DNA of 64,000 bases, taken from the NCBI GenBank assembly GCA_964016885.1, contig OZ024740.1, forward strand, positions 360,902,001 to 360,966,000, written 5' to 3'. Within the stretch, counting starts at the first letter, position 1; each line of letters opens with the position of its first letter. Below the pieces are notes generated by a model. It had not been told where the DNA came from. It did no database searches and saw only the letters and a program-made list of their open reading frames with translations. This document shows positions 58,869 through 64,000 of the stretch, piece after piece. A program made the position numbers and the translations under genes. The stretch is from Eledone cirrhosa (Eukaryota).

Positions 58869-61800
58869 ATAAGAAACTGAACGCAACTAACCATAAAAAG
58901 AAAGTTAATATAATAATAATAATCATGTTGATGATGACAGTGTTAATGATGGCGACAATAATTAACATGACAAAGTTGACTCTAGTAGGATAATATTGGT
59001 TTCTGATTTAGACACAAAGCCAACAATTTTTGGGAAGGGAAAGTTGATTTAATCGACCCAAATATGTTACTGGTACTTTCTTTATCAACCCCATAAGGAT
59101 GAAAGGCAAAGCTAACCTTGGCAACATTTGAACTCTGATCGTAATGGGGCGTAACTATGCCATAAAGCATGTTTTCCAATGCTCTATTGACACTGCCAAT
59201 TTACCGCCTGTCTAGTAAGATAATTGTTTCTACTTTTGGCACAAGGCCAGCAATTATTCCAGTGTATTACTGGTACTTTATTTTATCGACCCCATAAGGA
59301 TGAAAGGCAAAGTTAACCTCGGCGGGATTTGAACTCAGAATGGCAAGGGCCGTAACTCTATGCGTCAAAGCATGGCGTCCGACCCTCTACCGATACTGCC
59401 AATCCACCACCTGTCTAGTAAGATAATATTGATAATAATGGTTTTAATTTGGGGTGGAAGGTCGATTGAATCAAATTATATTGACTCGAGTACTTGATTG
59501 GTACTTCACTTTATTGACCCCAGAAAGATGGAGGGGAGGTGGGGAATTGACCAACGCAGGATTTGAACTCTGAACATTAAGAGCAAGACTGCATGAAATT
59601 TTGCCCAATATTTTGCCCAATACTCTAATGACTTTGCCAATTCAATATATTATTAGTATCATTAATAATAACAATAACAATAATAATAATAATAATTGTT
59701 TCTACTTTTGGCACAAGGCCAGCAATTACCCAGTAGATTACTGGTACTTTATTTGATCGACCTCGTAAAGATGAAAGGTAAAGTTGACCTCGGCGGGATT
59801 TGAACTCAGAATGGCAAGGGCCGTAACTCTATGCGCCAAAGCATGACGTCCTACCCTCTACTGATACTGCCAATCCATAATAATAATGTTTCAAATTATA
59901 ATAATTTGCCATACTGGCACAGTGACAGAGATTCTAGGGGGTAGAGGTCTCTTGAATTGAATTACCTTCTACCCCACTCCCTTACATGGAAAGGTAATTT
60001 ATGTTACCTTGATTCAAAGCAAAACTCCATCAAACAACACTCAACCCCATTAAAAATTGGAAGGAAATATATAATTGACAGTGTAGTTTTAGATACACTA
60101 TGTCTCAATAAATGGCAGGACAGTCATAATTGGGAAATACTTGGTCATAGCTTTGTTTGCTCGTGTCTGACCTGGAGCTAAAACAACAGGTTTCGAAAAT
60201 CACTAGAGCTTTCCTAATTATCTCCCCTTATATTAAGTTGGAAGACCTATTGGATAGGGTTACAAATAGAGATATTTTATACTATTTAGTTCAGTACTTT
60301 GCTGTTATGGGTTCATATTAATAGCATTAATGCTGTTATTGTTATATCAAAATAACCTGTACACACTGTAAAGTGGTTGGTGTAAGAAAGGACATCTTGT
60401 CATAGAAACCATGCTCCCAATATATGCTAAGTAATTGGCATTAGGAAGGGCATCCAGCTGGAGAAACCAATCCAAAATGAAGTGTCCGAGCAGGACTTAC
60501 TCATCGAACCAATCTGGCCTCAGTTCATGACAGTTGTCAAATACATGCAAGCATAGAAAATAGACGTTAAATGGTGATAATGAGGATGAACTTGATCATT
60601 ACTTAGGTGACATAGAGGTGATAGGGCAAATCTGATGTGATCTTTGGAATCAATTGTTCAAATTCACTCCAAAAATATTTAAATTCTGAGGGGCCAAATT
60701 GTAAGGTGCAACTGAGGTCCCTAATTTCAGCACGTCAATGGTTATATCAGCATATTAATGGCTAAGCTGTATGTTCAAAACTAGTGCTGAGAGGGCAAAC
60801 TGATGGTAGATATGGAATCAACACCTTAAATATACACAAATGTAGGTCTAACGTCCTAAACCAAGGATCTGAAATTCAAGGTCTCAAAAGAGCCATTGTG
60901 TCCTGGGGGAGAGGAACCGCGAACCAAAAATAAGATGAGGTGGAGAGGTTCATAAGTTATAATCTGCAATACACATGACAGGATGCTATCTATTATTTTT
61001 TTCCATAAAAATGAATACACGTATGATAGTAAATGGGATATGTGAATGAGTACAAATGTAAAGGAGACAAATTTTCCTTAATTCCTTTTTTTCATTTTTA
61101 CTTTTGATAAATTCAATTTTTTCTATTTTATTGCATTTCATCGGTTAATTGCAATAAACTGTACTATAAATTTCATTAAACAGAGACAAACTTCAAAGGA
61201 AAATATTAGTTTCGAAAATTGTTTTGCTTAGGTCCATAGTAAAGTACTGTGTGGGCCGCTTGTTTGAGACCCTGTCCTAAAAAATAGAATCGTTTTTTTT
61301 TTTTGTTTTCTGACAATGTAATAAAATGCCTTAAAACATTCTACAATAACAACAAATACGTATGTGTGTATGTGCCTATGTGCATGTGCTTGTGTGAGCA
61401 CATGTATATGTGTACATTATAAATTATGGTACAAAAATTCAAACTTCTATTAGTGGCTCGGCATGAAAAAATGCAATGCGGTTTTCTTCCAATGGATCAA
61501 CTTTGAGTTTCATCTTTCCAGGCTCGATAAAGTCAAGTGCTAGTCAACTATTAGAGGTGATTTAATTGACAAACCCATTCTCTTCAATTTTCTGGCCTTG
61601 AAATCACACCAACACCATCAATACTATCATCATTACCATAGCCAATGATCCGTGTTATTGGATTTGCTCATACCACAGAGCAATTACATCTTATTTTAAA
61701 TACTTTAATCACAATGAAAGCCTCACAAAGTTACATTATTATTTCATTTACGGGGTCGATAAAATAAAGTACCAGTAATGTACTGGGTAATTGCTGGCCT

Positions 61801-62091
61801 TGTGCCAATAGTAGAAACAATTATTATTTCATTGTATGCAAGAACATGACACTGAAAGTGAGAGGTATAACCCTTACTCCACTTCCAAAAAAAAAAAGAA
61901 ATAATATTTAACAAAAAGTTTAATTTTAAATAAAATAAATTTTTTTAAAAACTGTAAAACGAAGAAATTTAGTCCAAATTTTACAAAACAACAAAAATCC
62001 TGATTTGTTATAATATCAAAACAACTTGACACACACACACGTGTATATGTGTGCGTGTTTGTGTATGTATGTAACTGTATGTATATATATA

Positions 62092-62173
<82 letters not shown>

Positions 62174-62814
62174 CACACACACATGCACATCAGATATCGG
62201 TGTTTAAAGAGAAAGAGAATAGAAATGGTGCTGGCAGAAATGCAGTGAGAAGCAATAGGAGAATATTTTGCAGTGAAGGAATGGAACTGTGTGTGATATT
62301 AAGACAAACAACATCAAAAAGCATTTTTGAAAACAAATATTAAACTATTATATAATGTAGTTGTAGTAAAATATATAGTAGCATATGTTTTACATGAAAA
62401 AATAAAACTACCTGATACAGACTTCAATGCCCAGAGTGAGATCATTCATTAAAACCTCATTAAGTGCCAGTTACTTGCAATACAAGTTTCACCTAGTGGA
62501 TGGTGAAAATGACCAGCATCTAGGTGAAACTTTTTATTCAATTAATTGCCACAGACACACGCGTACATAATTATATACATATTTTTCAAAATGCATGAAG
62601 AAATGCATTCCAATCAAAAGTTTACAAGCATGTTGAATAAAATAATGTTTAATGCTATATATATATATATTACTCACACATTCTCTAATGAATTTATTAC
62701 GTTTTCGCATTTTCTCATAATTAAGGTATATATGTTAAATTTTCTCTTAGGTTAATCACTACCTTGATTAAATCTTAACCATTTAACATCTCAGGGTATG
62801 TCATGTATCATTAT

Positions 62815-62867
62815 ATTTTGTCTGATGAGGACGTACTGTTGTACATCCGAAATATGTATAATAAAAT
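62815..62867 (+). ncRNA. Minimal type I hammerhead ribozyme (solo pLTR-like end running to the TA tract at ~63012)
   Basis: ATTTTGT-CTGATGA-GGACGTAC-TGTT-GTACATCC-GAAA-TATGTA-TA-ATAAAAT. Canonical core, 7 bp stem I with one G-U pair, near-palindromic stem III. Confidence 0.8.
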
Positions 62868-63007
62868 GAAATTGATCAAAAGAACACCTATTTTATTAAT
62901 ATTTATATTTTAATATTAATAACTCCGGAAAATTATTTTACCGTAGAGTGCTTCCAATCTACTGTAAAACTCATTCTTTGACATAATCATTGAATATTGT
63001 TTAACAC

Positions 63008-63046
<39 letters not shown>

Positions 63047-63068
63047 CATACATACATACATACATACA

Positions 63069-63095
<27 letters not shown>

Positions 63096-63102
<7 letters not shown>

Positions 63103-63500
63103 CAATATATTAATAAATGGAAACTATATTTATAAAACCAGAATTATTTTATTATATATATTTCAAGGGCAACCAAGGTAGATTATGGTGCGCTTTCATC
63201 AGATAAAATACAGATTTGTTTTATTTGCTATCCAGCGAATTTCAACCGTTGAGGTTGTCTTTTTTCCGGGTATGTCAATATTTATTTATAAAACAAATCT
63301 GTATTTTATCTGATGAAAGTGCACCATAATCTACCTTGGTTACCCTTGAAATATATATAATAAAATAATTATGGTTTTATAAATATAGTTTCCATTTATT
63401 AATATATTGTATATATACTCCACTAACTTGTTGAGTGCTTTATATCAGTTATAAAAATTTTTAAGCTTGTTGAATCCCAACAAATTAAATATAACCTCTG
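63096..63500 (+). mobile_element. Fold-back element with ~129 bp inverted arms (63096-63224 / 63288-63416) and a ~85 nt tail; hammerhead in each arm
   Basis: The arms are mirrored with few mismatches; preceded by (TA)n(TACA)n. Confidence 0.78.
63302..63367 (+). ncRNA. Type I hammerhead ribozyme (mirror copy on the - strand at 63145-63210)
   Basis: TATTTTAT-CTGATGA-AAG..ACCA/TGGT..CTT-GAAA-TATATA-TA-ATAAAATA. Perfect 8 bp stem I, palindromic stem III. Confidence 0.78.
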
Positions 63501-63940
63501 CATACATCATCATTCATCATTGCATTTTACGTCCGCTTTTTCCCTGCTTGCAAGGGTGGGACGGGAACTGATGCTGGCTTGATTTCTACAGCTGGATGCC
63601 CTTCCTAACACCAACCTCATTTACAGTGAGTGCTGGGTGCTTTTTTGCCGTGGCACCTCCACGACCACTTTGCAGTGGAATGATATGGACCCCAGTCCCT
63701 ATCATCTCATTTCTACAGCTGAGTAAACTGGAGCAATGTGAAATAAAGTGTCTTGCTCAAGGAAACAACACATCACCCGGTCTGAGGATTGAACTCACAA
63801 TCTTTTGATTGCAAGGCCAATGCTCTAACCACTAAGCCATGTGCCTCCAACTGTCATATATATATATATATATATGACAGTTGATCGACTTTTGTCAAAT
63901 CGAACCAAGGAAACAATGTATCCATTGGTCTTTCCAATTG

Positions 63941-63983
<43 letters not shown>

Positions 63984-64000
63984 ATACTTTGGGAGGGTCA

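Overview
Eukaryotic, AT-rich, repeat-dense genomic DNA, almost certainly from an octopod cephalopod (inferred from the GnRH precursor). Two host genes are visible. (1) A complete oct-GnRH/corazonin-type prepro-neuropeptide gene on the + strand (coding exons 34325-34528 and 35865-35927, 88 aa, mature peptide QNYHFSNGWHPG-GKR), with a probable upstream non-coding exon and promoter. (2) One internal coiled-coil exon of a RUFY1/2/3-family gene on the - strand (58386-58553), so GnRH may be nested antisense in a very large RUFY intron. The rest is mobile DNA and simple repeats: many RTE LINE copies, CR1 and R4/Dong fragments, a DD37D Tc1/mariner, TTAA-flanked MITEs, two tRNA-derived SINE families, a 32 x 47 bp LINE-derived minisatellite and multi-kb TA/TG microsatellites. 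Most long ORFs in the supplied track are artefacts of these repeats. The most striking signal is a set of sequence-unrelated palindromic elements, mostly at (TA)n tracts, usually built as tail + arm ... inverted arm and carrying hand-foldable type I hammerhead ribozymes. One has a U3-A8 compensatory core and a Penelope-like GIY-YIG ORF. Several inverted duplications of host DNA also pivot on (TA)n tracts. No database searches or folding programs were run; family names come from motif recognition.
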